Part shown: in pieces, positions 40,995 to 50,259 of the stretch
How positions within the stretch are numbered: the first letter of the stretch is position 1
Layout: each line of letters starts with the position of its first letter
From: Armatimonadota bacterium
GTDB taxonomy: Bacteria; Armatimonadota; HRBIN16
DNA: 64,000 nt
Assembly: GCA_963677485.1 (NCBI GenBank)
Contig: OY781964.1
Coordinates: 3,488,001 to 3,552,000 of the forward strand
Reading direction: 5' to 3'
Made by a program: the position numbers and the translations under genes
The notes under the pieces: model-generated
Told to the model about the DNA's origin: nothing
Databases searched by the model: none
The model's input: the letters and a program-made list of their open reading frames with translations, nothing else

Positions 40995-43136
40995 TTGATA
41001 CAAGTTAAGCTTCCGCGTGCGTTTTGGGCAGCCGTGCTCGCAACACTGGTGTTGACACTTGGGAATTGCCCCAAGGCCTTTGCCCAGGGAGGCACCATTG
41101 AATCCTGGGGATTATATAAAGTAGTTCCTGGTGGGCTCAAAGGAATCGTGGCCATGGATGGAGGTGGCGTTCACAACGCAGCACTCAGGCGCGATGGGTC
41201 AGTCATTTGCTGGGGTGATAATAGCTGCGCTCAGGGAATGGTGCCCTCTCCCAACCAAGATTTTATCGAAGTTGCCGCTGGGTATCATTATACTGTCGGT
41301 TTGAAACGCGATGGCTCTGTGGTCTGCTGGGGCGAAAACCATGTGGGCCAGTGCACGGTGCCTTCACCTAACAAGGACTTCATCGCTATCTCCAGTAGTT
41401 ACCAGCACACTGTCGGATTGAAGCGTGATGGAACTGTCGTTTGCTGGGGTGATAACACAACGGGTCAGTGCAGTGTTTATGCACCCAACCAAGACTTCAC
41501 CACAGTTTCGGCAGGCGGAGGCCACAGTGCTGGCTTAAAAACGGACGGATCGGTAGTATGCTGGGGAGATAACAGCCTTGGCCAGTACAGTGTGCCTGAG
41601 CCCAATAAGGATTTCGTGGCTATCTCTGCAGGAGAATCCCATACCGTCGGATTGAAAAGAGACGGTTCCGTAGTAGGATGGGGTCAGAACTGGTATAAAG
41701 AGTGTGACACTCCTGCGCCGAATCAAGACTTCATCGCCGTCTCCGCTGGCAAATTCCACACCGTGGGCTTGAAGAAAGACGGAACCATCGTGTGTTGGGG
41801 TAGATACTCCGAAGGACAACTTAGTGTACCCGCACCCAACAAAGATTTCGTTGCTGTGACTGCTGGAGACTGGCATTCAGCTGGCCTAAAACGCGATGGT
41901 TCGGTTGTTGCCTGGGGTGACAACTACTGGATACAGAGCAGTGTTCCTGGAGATAACCAGGACTTCATAGCCGTCAGCGCTAGAAATATGCACGTCTGCG
42001 GGATGAAAAGCGATGGATCACTTGTTTTCTGGGGTGATAAGGGCTCCCATCTGTATGACATACCCACTCCGAATAAGGATTTTATGTCTGTGTCAATAGG
42101 AACCAACCAGGCAGTCGGACTGAAGAAAGACGGCACGGTGGTTTGTTGGGGATATAACGGATATGGCGAATGCAATATCCCTGCGCCCAACAGCGACTTC
42201 ACTGCCGCTGCTGCCGGCGGTTTCCATTCAATAGGATTGAAGAGCAATGGTTCTGTTGTCTGCTGGGGATCAAATACATATGGCCAGTGCAATGTACCTA
42301 GCCCCAATCTAGGTTTTAGTGCACTTGCCGGTGGTGAAAACTTTACTGTCGGGCTAAAGAGCAACGGGACAATCGTGTGTTGGGGTAGAAATGACTTCAA
42401 CCAGTGCACAGTACCGGCACCGAACCAGGATTTTGTGGCTGTGGCAGCCGGTGACAGCCATGTCATTGGGCTAAAATCAAACGGCTCCGTAGTCTGCTGG
42501 GGTAGAAACTACTTCGGGGAATGCGGTGTACCTACTCCAAATACTGAATTTGTTGCGATCTCAGCGAGTCCCTATCAGTCCTGTGGCCTTAAACGTGATG
42601 GATCAATAGTTGTTTGGGGCAGCAACATAAAGTCAGAGAAAACTGTACCAGAGCCAAACAGTGGATTTACAGCAATTGCGATGGGTTGGAGTTTTGTATC
42701 TGCCATACGCAGCAATAACACTATGTCTGGGCAGGTACAACTGAACAATTTCACCGGCAGCTTACCAGGGCAATTGTTCTCTGCGATCGTGAGTAGCACA
42801 GCCGCACCCAGTATCAGGCAGTACCTTAGTGTAGTGCCACAAAGCGACGGTCAGTATTCCCTCTCTACCTACTTGCGACCACCATACGACATACAGATCA
42901 GCAGCCCGCATTTCCTGACGGCTAAAGCTGCGAATGTCGGCGTTGGACAAAGTCCCAATGTCGCACTGGTCAATGGCGATGCAGATGGAGATAACCAGGT
43001 CAACCTGTTCGACTTCGTGGTGCTGGATCAGCACTTCGGCAGCAATGACCCCATGGCTGACCTGGATGGTGACGGGCAGGTGAACCTGTTTGACTACGTG
43101 GTCATCGACCAGAACTTCGGCGCGCAAGGGGAGTAA
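40995..43136 (+). CDS. RCC1/BLIP-II-dockerin protein (paralog 6)
   Basis: 13 full repeats plus two terminal half repeats; dockerin-like tail. Confidence 0.88.
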   Translation: MIQVKLPRAFWAAVLATLVLTLGNCPKAFAQGGTIESWGLYKVVPGGLKGIVAMDGGGVHNAALRRDGSVICWGDNSCAQGMVPSPNQDFIEVAAGYHYTVGLKRDGSVVCWGENHVGQCTVPSPNKDFIAISSSYQHTVGLKRDGTVVCWGDNTTGQCSVYAPNQDFTTVSAGGGHSAGLKTDGSVVCWGDNSLGQYSVPEPNKDFVAISAGESHTVGLKRDGSVVGWGQNWYKECDTPAPNQDFIAVSAGKFHTVGLKKDGTIVCWGRYSEGQLSVPAPNKDFVAVTAGDWHSAGLKRDGSVVAWGDNYWIQSSVPGDNQDFIAVSARNMHVCGMKSDGSLVFWGDKGSHLYDIPTPNKDFMSVSIGTNQAVGLKKDGTVVCWGYNGYGECNIPAPNSDFTAAAAGGFHSIGLKSNGSVVCWGSNTYGQCNVPSPNLGFSALAGGENFTVGLKSNGTIVCWGRNDFNQCTVPAPNQDFVAVAAGDSHVIGLKSNGSVVCWGRNYFGECGVPTPNTEFVAISASPYQSCGLKRDGSIVVWGSNIKSEKTVPEPNSGFTAIAMGWSFVSAIRSNNTMSGQVQLNNFTGSLPGQLFSAIVSSTAAPSIRQYLSVVPQSDGQYSLSTYLRPPYDIQISSPHFLTAKAANVGVGQSPNVALVNGDADGDNQVNLFDFVVLDQHFGSNDPMADLDGDGQVNLFDYVVIDQNFGAQGE

Positions 43137-43148
43137 GCACACCTTAAA

Positions 43149-43191
43149 TGCACCCACCCCGTCAGCGAAACCGCCGCACGGGGTGGGTGCA
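43149..43191 (+). terminator. Strong hairpin ending the first RCC1 block
   Basis: TGCACCCACCCCGT...ACGGGGTGGGTGCA 14-bp stem; no clear U-tract. Confidence 0.55.
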
Positions 43192-43248
43192 GGCGTGCCT
43201 CACTTCGGGTAAACTGCAAGGTAATAACCCTGCAAGGAGCCTGATCAC

Positions 43249-45558
43249 ATGAAGTTATGGTATCAACAACCCGCCGCACGCTGGGTGGAGGCGCTGCCCA
43301 TCGGAAATGGACGACTCGGCGCGATGCTCTACGGATCGCTGCCCACTGAGCGAATCCAGCTCAACGAAGACACATTCTGGTCAGGATACCCCTATGAGAG
43401 CATCAACCCCAAGGCGTTGGCAGCACTGCCCGAGGTCAGACGTCTGATTGCCGAAGGACAGTACCTGCAGGCAACAAAGCTAGCCGACGATTGTATGATG
43501 GGCATCCCGCTGGGTCTGCAGAGCTACCAAACTTTTGGAGAGTTAGCGATAGAACATGAGGGGCTGGGGTCATATACGGACTACCAGCGCGAGCTGGATA
43601 TCGCAACCGCCGTGACCCGAAGCCAGTTCAACAGCCACGGCACCGTGTTTACCCACGAGGCGTTCGCCTCGCACCCGGCACAGCTCATCGTGATGCGGAT
43701 CACCGCGGATAAGCCAGGCCAAATCAACCTGGACATCAATGCCGAATCACCGCTTGCGGAACGATCATCGGCGGAAGGTCCCCGCTGGGAGGTTAGTGGC
43801 CGATGGCGAAGCGGGTCCGGTGAGACTAGCCTGCCGGGCGAGGGGATACGGTTCGTGATGGCCGTGCAGCCTCGTGTGGAGGGTGGAACCTGCGACATCA
43901 CCGATGCGGGGATATCGATACGGAATGCCGACGAGGCCACCCTCTTCATCGCCGCGGGTACCAGCTATCTGAATGCCAAGGATATCAACGGCGACCCTTA
44001 CCGCAACATAGACCCTCAATTGGCGGCTGCGGTCACAAAGAGCTATGATGAGCTGCTCCAACGGCACATTGTCGACCATCAACGTCTGTTTTCTCGTGTC
44101 AGACTGGAACTGCCGCATTCTCCAAACGAGGCATTACCCACTGATGAGCGTCTGCAGAGGCATCAAGAGGGTGAGACCGACTGTAACCTGGCGGCTCTGC
44201 TGTTCCAATTTGGGCGTTACCTACTGATCGCCAGCAGCCGACCCGGCACGCAGCCGGCCAACCTGCAGGGCATCTGGAACGACAATCTGAACCCCGCCTG
44301 GGGCAGTAAGTGGACATGCAACATCAACACCGAAATGAACTACTGGCCCGCCGAAAGCACCAACCTCAGTGAATGCCATATGCCGCTGTTGAAGATGGTA
44401 GACGAGCTGGTAGAGAGCGGTAGCCGCACCGCGCAGCAGCATTACGGCTGCCGAGGCTGGGTGCTGCACCACAATACGGACATCTGGCACGCCACCACGC
44501 CGGTGGATGGCGCCGGGTGGGGTCTGTGGCCAACAGGCGGAGCCTGGCTGAGCACGCACCTCTGGCAGCACTACCTGTTCACCGGTGACCGTGCGTTCCT
44601 GGGCCAGGTTTACCCGATCATGGCTGGTTCGGCCCGGTTCCTGCTCGACTATTTGACTGAGAATGCCGCTGGGCAGTTGGTGACATTGCCATCCTGCTCG
44701 CCAGAGAACTTTTTTGTCACGCCGGATGGCCAGCGGGCCGGGCTGTGCGAGATGCCCACGATGGACATCGGCATCTGCCGTGATCTTTTTACGGCCTGCC
44801 TGGAGGGTGCCAGGGTTCTGGGCATCACCGACCCCATGACCACTGATATGAGCGAGGCTCTTGTCCGGCTGCCAGCCTATCAGATCGGTCAGCATGGGCA
44901 GTTGCAAGAGTGGCTGCATGATTTTGAGGAGACCGAGCCGCACCACCGCCATATGTCACACCTATACCCTCTCTACCCCGGTATGGAATTTGACTGGTCA
45001 CGCAGTCCTGAGCTGATGGAGGCCTGCCGGGTCACGATGGAACGCCGCGGTGATGTGGCCACAGGCTGGAGCATGGGCTGGAAGGTCTGCCTCTGGGCGC
45101 GGTTATGTGATGGCGACCGCGCCGAACGGCTGATCCGCACGCAACTGCATCTGTGTGATGAGAGCGAGGGGGTCGCACTCACCGGTGGCAGCTACCCCAA
45201 TATGTTTGACGCCCACCCGCCGTTCCAGATCGACGGCAACTTTGGGGCCACAGCCGGTATCGCCGAGATGCTGCTGCAAAGTCATGGCGGGGTGCTGCGC
45301 ATTCTACCCGCGCTGCCGTCGTTGTGGTACAGCGGAGAAGTGCGCGGCCTAGTCGCCCGTGGGGGGATCAGGGTGGACATTCGGTGGCGGGAGGGCAGGT
45401 TGGTGTCTCTGAAGCTGGGCTGCGACCACGTCCAGGAGCTAACGCTGCAGCTTCCCGGTGGTGCCAGACCGAGCGGTGATACGCCACTGAGCGCCAACGC
45501 TGATGGTCTGTGGCACGGCATGTTACCGGTGGGGGACAATCCGTTTATGTTTGCGTGA
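43249..45558 (+). CDS. Alpha-L-fucosidase/alpha-L-galactosidase, glycoside hydrolase family 95
   Basis: [61 protein letters not shown]. Confidence 0.95.
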   Translation: MKLWYQQPAARWVEALPIGNGRLGAMLYGSLPTERIQLNEDTFWSGYPYESINPKALAALPEVRRLIAEGQYLQATKLADDCMMGIPLGLQSYQTFGELAIEHEGLGSYTDYQRELDIATAVTRSQFNSHGTVFTHEAFASHPAQLIVMRITADKPGQINLDINAESPLAERSSAEGPRWEVSGRWRSGSGETSLPGEGIRFVMAVQPRVEGGTCDITDAGISIRNADEATLFIAAGTSYLNAKDINGDPYRNIDPQLAAAVTKSYDELLQRHIVDHQRLFSRVRLELPHSPNEALPTDERLQRHQEGETDCNLAALLFQFGRYLLIASSRPGTQPANLQGIWNDNLNPAWGSKWTCNINTEMNYWPAESTNLSECHMPLLKMVDELVESGSRTAQQHYGCRGWVLHHNTDIWHATTPVDGAGWGLWPTGGAWLSTHLWQHYLFTGDRAFLGQVYPIMAGSARFLLDYLTENAAGQLVTLPSCSPENFFVTPDGQRAGLCEMPTMDIGICRDLFTACLEGARVLGITDPMTTDMSEALVRLPAYQIGQHGQLQEWLHDFEETEPHHRHMSHLYPLYPGMEFDWSRSPELMEACRVTMERRGDVATGWSMGWKVCLWARLCDGDRAERLIRTQLHLCDESEGVALTGGSYPNMFDAHPPFQIDGNFGATAGIAEMLLQSHGGVLRILPALPSLWYSGEVRGLVARGGIRVDIRWREGRLVSLKLGCDHVQELTLQLPGGARPSGDTPLSANADGLWHGMLPVGDNPFMFA

Positions 45559-45621
45559 GGTGGCGCTTCACCATACCCGTCGACGCGGGGATGGTGGTGT
45601 AGGTCGCGGTGATCTCCCCGT

Positions 45622-45820
45622 TGCCGCGGGTTTAGTCATTCGCAACCCGCAAGCAGGCGCAGGTGGCCCTCCGCCAGCGCCCGCAGGAGCGAAGCGACGC
45701 GGGCAGCAACCTGATCAGCGGCGGGTGATGGAGCCCCCTGGGGCGATGGAACCCGTCGACACGGGGCTGCTCACCCACATCGCAGGATGTCAGCCCCGCT
45801 GCCGCGGGTTTAGTCACCCC
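45622..45820 (-). repeat. Dispersed non-coding element, copy 3 (inverted)
   Basis: Reverse complement of copies 1 and 2; flanked by direct repeat TGCCGCGGGTTTAGTCA at 45622 and 45800. Confidence 0.88.
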
Positions 45821-46230
45821 ACGGGACTGGCGTCCCTTAACGGGGTTCCTGCACCGCGCGGCTGATCATTAGCGGCCGGCGTCGCTTCGCTCCGGCCGGC
45901 GCATGGGGAGGGTGGCCTTCCCGACGCCCGCCGGAACGCGGGCCGGTACTGATAAGCGATGGGTGACAGTGCCCGTACCGGGACGAAGTCACGGACGGGC
46001 CGCCGAACCCGTCGCCAGGGGCCACTGGCATAGGAGCGTAGGGGCGATTCGCGAATCGCCCTCATCTACGTAACACCTGGCCCATGGAACCCGTAGACAC
46101 GAGGCCGGCCAACCCCTATCGAAGCAGCTAATCTCACGCATTCCGCAAGCGAGCTGCCCGCAAAGAAGGTATCACCCTACCAATCACCGAAACAAGGTAT
46201 GCATACACAAACCAAGACCAAGGAGCGACC

Positions 46231-47373
46231 ATGTTGACCACCCCAACAACCCAAACAGCACAGCTCGCGATGGACACCATCATGCGCAAACCGGTGAAGG
46301 GCATACCCACCTGGTTGCTGAATATCATGGAACATGACCACATCGACCCCCTGGCGGGGGTACCACAAGGAACCTACCGCGCGAACCCTGAGCCGACCTA
46401 TCTCGCCATGCAGCGCAACATCGGTGTGTGTATGCTGGACCAGTATATCTGGGACAACCCATTGAGCATGGGTCAGGCCGGTTACGAAGGCGCTGTGCAT
46501 GGGGCGACCACAGGCGCAGAGCAGATCATTCTTGACGGGATGTTGATTGACTCCCCGGAAGCGGTGATCGAGCATATGGAGCGATTTGTGTTCCCTGCAC
46601 TCAAGGGGTGGATAAGCAACTTCAACGAAGATGCCCAGTGCCGCCTTATCATCAACCAGGAGATGGCCATCCAAGAAAGCATCGGCCCCGCGATGCTGAA
46701 AACGGGGTATGGGTATATTTCATTCCCTGTGTTTTCGTATGGTCCGTATGGCTATGTGAACTACTTCTCCGCCTATGCGCTCTACCTCGAAGTGATCGAA
46801 AAACACTTCTCGCTTCAGGCCGATCTGGCCTTATTGAACAACCGGGCTGCAGCTCGGGCCATCACTGAAGGTGGCCTTCCGCTCCTCTATCGCCTTGATT
46901 TCGACATGGCGGATTCCCGAGGTACGCTGGTGAACATCAAGTCGCTGGATAGGATCTGGTTCCCGCACTTTGCACGCTGTCTTGAGCCGATACTGAGCAC
47001 TGACATGAACCTCATCTGGCACTGCGATGGCAACCTGATGCAGATGGTGTCGAGGCTGCTGGATGTGGGTATTCGGGGTTTTCAAGGCTTCCAGTATGAG
47101 GACGGGATGGACTACGAAAAGATCTGCCAGATGAAGACGCGAGACGGCGAGGAGCTCATCATTATCGCCGGAGTCTCTGTCACGCGCACGTTGCCGATGG
47201 GCACGCCAGCCGATGTGAAGCGTGAGATGGAGTTCCTGGTCCAACATGGACCCAAGACCGGCTTGTTCCTGGGAGGTTCCAGCTCCGTGGCACCGGGTGT
47301 GCCTTGGGAGAACCTGGAGACCTTCGTGCAGGGGTTGCAATATTACCAAGCCAACGGTCGCACGGGCGATTGA
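46231..47373 (+). CDS. Uroporphyrinogen decarboxylase-fold protein (MtaA/CmuA-like), function unknown
   Basis: DMADSRG, WHCDGNL metal-site motif, LPMGTPADVKRE, GLFLG...VPWENL. Confidence 0.75.
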   Translation: MLTTPTTQTAQLAMDTIMRKPVKGIPTWLLNIMEHDHIDPLAGVPQGTYRANPEPTYLAMQRNIGVCMLDQYIWDNPLSMGQAGYEGAVHGATTGAEQIILDGMLIDSPEAVIEHMERFVFPALKGWISNFNEDAQCRLIINQEMAIQESIGPAMLKTGYGYISFPVFSYGPYGYVNYFSAYALYLEVIEKHFSLQADLALLNNRAAARAITEGGLPLLYRLDFDMADSRGTLVNIKSLDRIWFPHFARCLEPILSTDMNLIWHCDGNLMQMVSRLLDVGIRGFQGFQYEDGMDYEKICQMKTRDGEELIIIAGVSVTRTLPMGTPADVKREMEFLVQHGPKTGLFLGGSSSVAPGVPWENLETFVQGLQYYQANGRTGD

Positions 47374-47430
47374 TACGCTGATATTCGTTACATACCTATG
47401 TCAAGTTCGCCTTAGTTTGGTTGACTATTT

Positions 47431-47463
47431 CTAGTCGGTGCCGCGTAAAAAGGCACCGACTAG
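47431..47463. terminator. Hairpin downstream of the UroD-family gene
   Basis: CTAGTCGGTGCC-N9-GGCACCGACTAG 12-bp perfect stem. Confidence 0.5.
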
Positions 47464-47887
47464 TATCGCCCGTTTCAGGCAGGCACCCCGCAAATCAGCA
47501 CCATTTAGATGTAAATCGGCACTGAGAAGATTAGCCTCTATCAAATGGTCTAGGTGCGCCGTGGCAGTGTCCTACATCAACCTGTATCCGCCACTGAGTA
47601 TGATTTTACCGGCCAGGTTTCGTCTATCTATCTTTGCATATGGTCACTCTGTCGATCGACTAGTATCGGTGCGTAATCATGCTTGTGAGCACATCAGCTA
47701 CTCAGCATTGTAGTATCTGGTTCATATTATCTTGGAGGCGATATCCGACGCATACCCCCTGAGAAGACGCGGGTAATGCGGTAAACTCGGAATGGAAGTG
47801 AACTTATCCATAAACGCATCGATATTTCATACTATTTAGGTACAATAGGCTAATGATCTGTATGATCTGACTCACAGGAGGCAGTCG

Positions 47888-50029
47888 ATGGCTAGTATTC
47901 AAGACTCTCGCATTCAAACAACTCCCATGACGATCTTAGTTTTGCTGATGGTTATCTGCAGCGGTCCATTATCCGCCCAATCGGGCACCATAGAAACCTG
48001 GGGGGCACGGCGCACTCCGCCTGGTGATCTGACGGGGTTTGTATCGGTTGATGGCGGATACCAGCATAACGCAGGCCTCAAGCAAGACGGCTCTGTGGTC
48101 TGCTGGGGCCGAAACGACCAAGGCCAGTGTACAGTGCCCGGCACGAACAGTGATTACATAGCCGTCTCTGCAGGGGACTTCCACACGGTTGGCTTGAAAA
48201 AGGATGGAACCATCGTCGCCTGGGGTTCCAACAGCAATGGACAGTGCAACCTTCCGGCACCCAATCTAAACTTCAAAGCTGTGTCCGCCGGTTACGCATA
48301 TACGGTTGCCCTAAAGAACGATGGTTCTGTGCTTGTGTGGGGTGATAACACCTATGGACAACGCACTGTGCCTGCCCCCAACCAGGATTTTGTAGCCATT
48401 TCCGCCGGTAACAGCCACGTGGTGGGACTTAAGAGCAATGGCACTGTGGTTTGTTGGGGTTCCAACTATTACACTCAGTGTACCGTGCCCGCTCCGAACG
48501 CCAACTTCGTAGCAATTAGTGCGGTTTTGGACCACACTCTCGGGTTAAAAAGCGACGGAACGGTTGTGGCTTGGGGTAAAAACTACAATGGCGAGTGCGA
48601 TATCCCCTTACCTAACGAGAATTACACTGCGATAGCGGCAGGGAGCTTCCACTCTATGGGATTGAAGAAAGATGGCATGGTTGTCTGCTGGGGATATCCA
48701 ACCGAGGGTGCGTTGAATATACCTGCACCGAACCAGGATTTTGCATCTGTCTCAGCCGGGGTGCATTATTCGATCGGCATAAAGCATGATGGCAGTGTCG
48801 TGGCGTGGGGTAACAACTACCATGGGGAGTGCAACCTTCCGGTACCCAATAGCGACATTAAAGCCATTTCTATTGGTGCAAACCACCTTGCAGCACTGAA
48901 GACCGACGGCAGTGTGGTGTGCTGGACCGAAAACATCAAGGGCCAGTGCGATGTGCCTGTCCCCAACCAGGGCTTCACTGCCGTGTCTGCGGGCGGGTTA
49001 CATACGGTAGGATTGAAGACAGACGGCTCCATCGTCATCTGGGGCGATAATGGCAAAGGTCAGCTCAACGTGCCCGATCCGAACAGTGGGTTCACAGCAG
49101 TTGCGGCTGGATATCAACACACAGTGGGGCTCAGGAGTGATGGTTCGGTGTCGTGCTGGGGATACAACTCCTACGGACAGTGTACTGTGCCCGCACCTAA
49201 CCAGGATTTCGCTGCCATTGCTGCCTCCCACAACCATACAGTGGGTTTGAAGCAAAATGGGTCTGTCGTGGCCTGGGGCGACAACAGCAGCGGCCAGTGC
49301 GCTGCGCCAGCATCCAACCAGGATTTCACAGCAGTCGCAGCGGGATGGGCCCATACTGTGGGATTGAAATCCAATGGAACGGTGGTCTGCTGGGGTGATA
49401 ACAGTTATGGGCAGACATCGGTTCCGGCTCCTAACCAGGATTTCATCGCCATTGCTGCCGGTGACTTCCACACAGCCGGGCTTAAGATCGATGGTTCCGT
49501 GGTGGTCTGGGGGTTGCGGCCCGATGGACAGAGCTCAGGACCTGCACCGAACAGCGGGTTTATGGGTATAGCAGCAGGGGCCAACACCACCGCTGCCATA
49601 CGGGGCATGCAGATTATGTCCGGCAATTTGCAGTTGGGCGACTTCGGCGGTGGATTGTCATCGACTCTGGTCACTGCATCCATAAAGAGTGCAGGCATAC
49701 CCGACATCACCCACTGCCTCAGCCTGCTGCCGCAGCCGAACGGGAATTACTCCTTCAGCACCTACCTGCAGCCGCCGTATGACATCCGCGTGAGCAGCCA
49801 GCACTTCCTGACAGCCAAAGCGACGAATGTGGCTGGTGGGCAAAGTGCCAATTTTGCTCTGGTGAACGGCGATGCGGATGGTGATGGCCAGGTCAACCTG
49901 TTCGACTTCGTGGTGTTGGACTCCAACTTCGGTAAATCCATTCCGATGGCAGACCTGGACGGCAACGGGCAGGTGAACCTGTTCGATTACGTGGTCATCG
50001 ACCAGAACTTCGGTGCCAAGGGGGATTGA
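47888..50029 (+). CDS. RCC1/BLIP-II-dockerin protein (paralog 7)
   Basis: 13 full plus two half repeats; dockerin-like tail; AGGAGG RBS. Confidence 0.88.
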   Translation: MASIQDSRIQTTPMTILVLLMVICSGPLSAQSGTIETWGARRTPPGDLTGFVSVDGGYQHNAGLKQDGSVVCWGRNDQGQCTVPGTNSDYIAVSAGDFHTVGLKKDGTIVAWGSNSNGQCNLPAPNLNFKAVSAGYAYTVALKNDGSVLVWGDNTYGQRTVPAPNQDFVAISAGNSHVVGLKSNGTVVCWGSNYYTQCTVPAPNANFVAISAVLDHTLGLKSDGTVVAWGKNYNGECDIPLPNENYTAIAAGSFHSMGLKKDGMVVCWGYPTEGALNIPAPNQDFASVSAGVHYSIGIKHDGSVVAWGNNYHGECNLPVPNSDIKAISIGANHLAALKTDGSVVCWTENIKGQCDVPVPNQGFTAVSAGGLHTVGLKTDGSIVIWGDNGKGQLNVPDPNSGFTAVAAGYQHTVGLRSDGSVSCWGYNSYGQCTVPAPNQDFAAIAASHNHTVGLKQNGSVVAWGDNSSGQCAAPASNQDFTAVAAGWAHTVGLKSNGTVVCWGDNSYGQTSVPAPNQDFIAIAAGDFHTAGLKIDGSVVVWGLRPDGQSSGPAPNSGFMGIAAGANTTAAIRGMQIMSGNLQLGDFGGGLSSTLVTASIKSAGIPDITHCLSLLPQPNGNYSFSTYLQPPYDIRVSSQHFLTAKATNVAGGQSANFALVNGDADGDGQVNLFDFVVLDSNFGKSIPMADLDGNGQVNLFDYVVIDQNFGAKGD

Positions 50030-50259
50030 GGCGAACTTGGGTGGTAACGATGATGATCTCTTGCCACCCGTATACGATGACCCATAATGTGGTGCATACA
50101 TGGAATTGGTAAGTCATAATGCCAGTATTTCATGTGTACATGAATTAGTTCATCACTAGCAGCAGGTATCTTACACACGCAAGAACAATATCATACAATC
50201 AGGTGGCATGAACTGTAATACAACCTACAATGGTCGTTCGGAACGAGCGGAGGGAAGTC

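Noticed and set aside
47431-47463. Resemblance of GGCACCGA/GTCGGTGC to a tracrRNA 3' hairpin
   Set aside because: Short chance similarity; no anti-repeat, array or cas9 nearby
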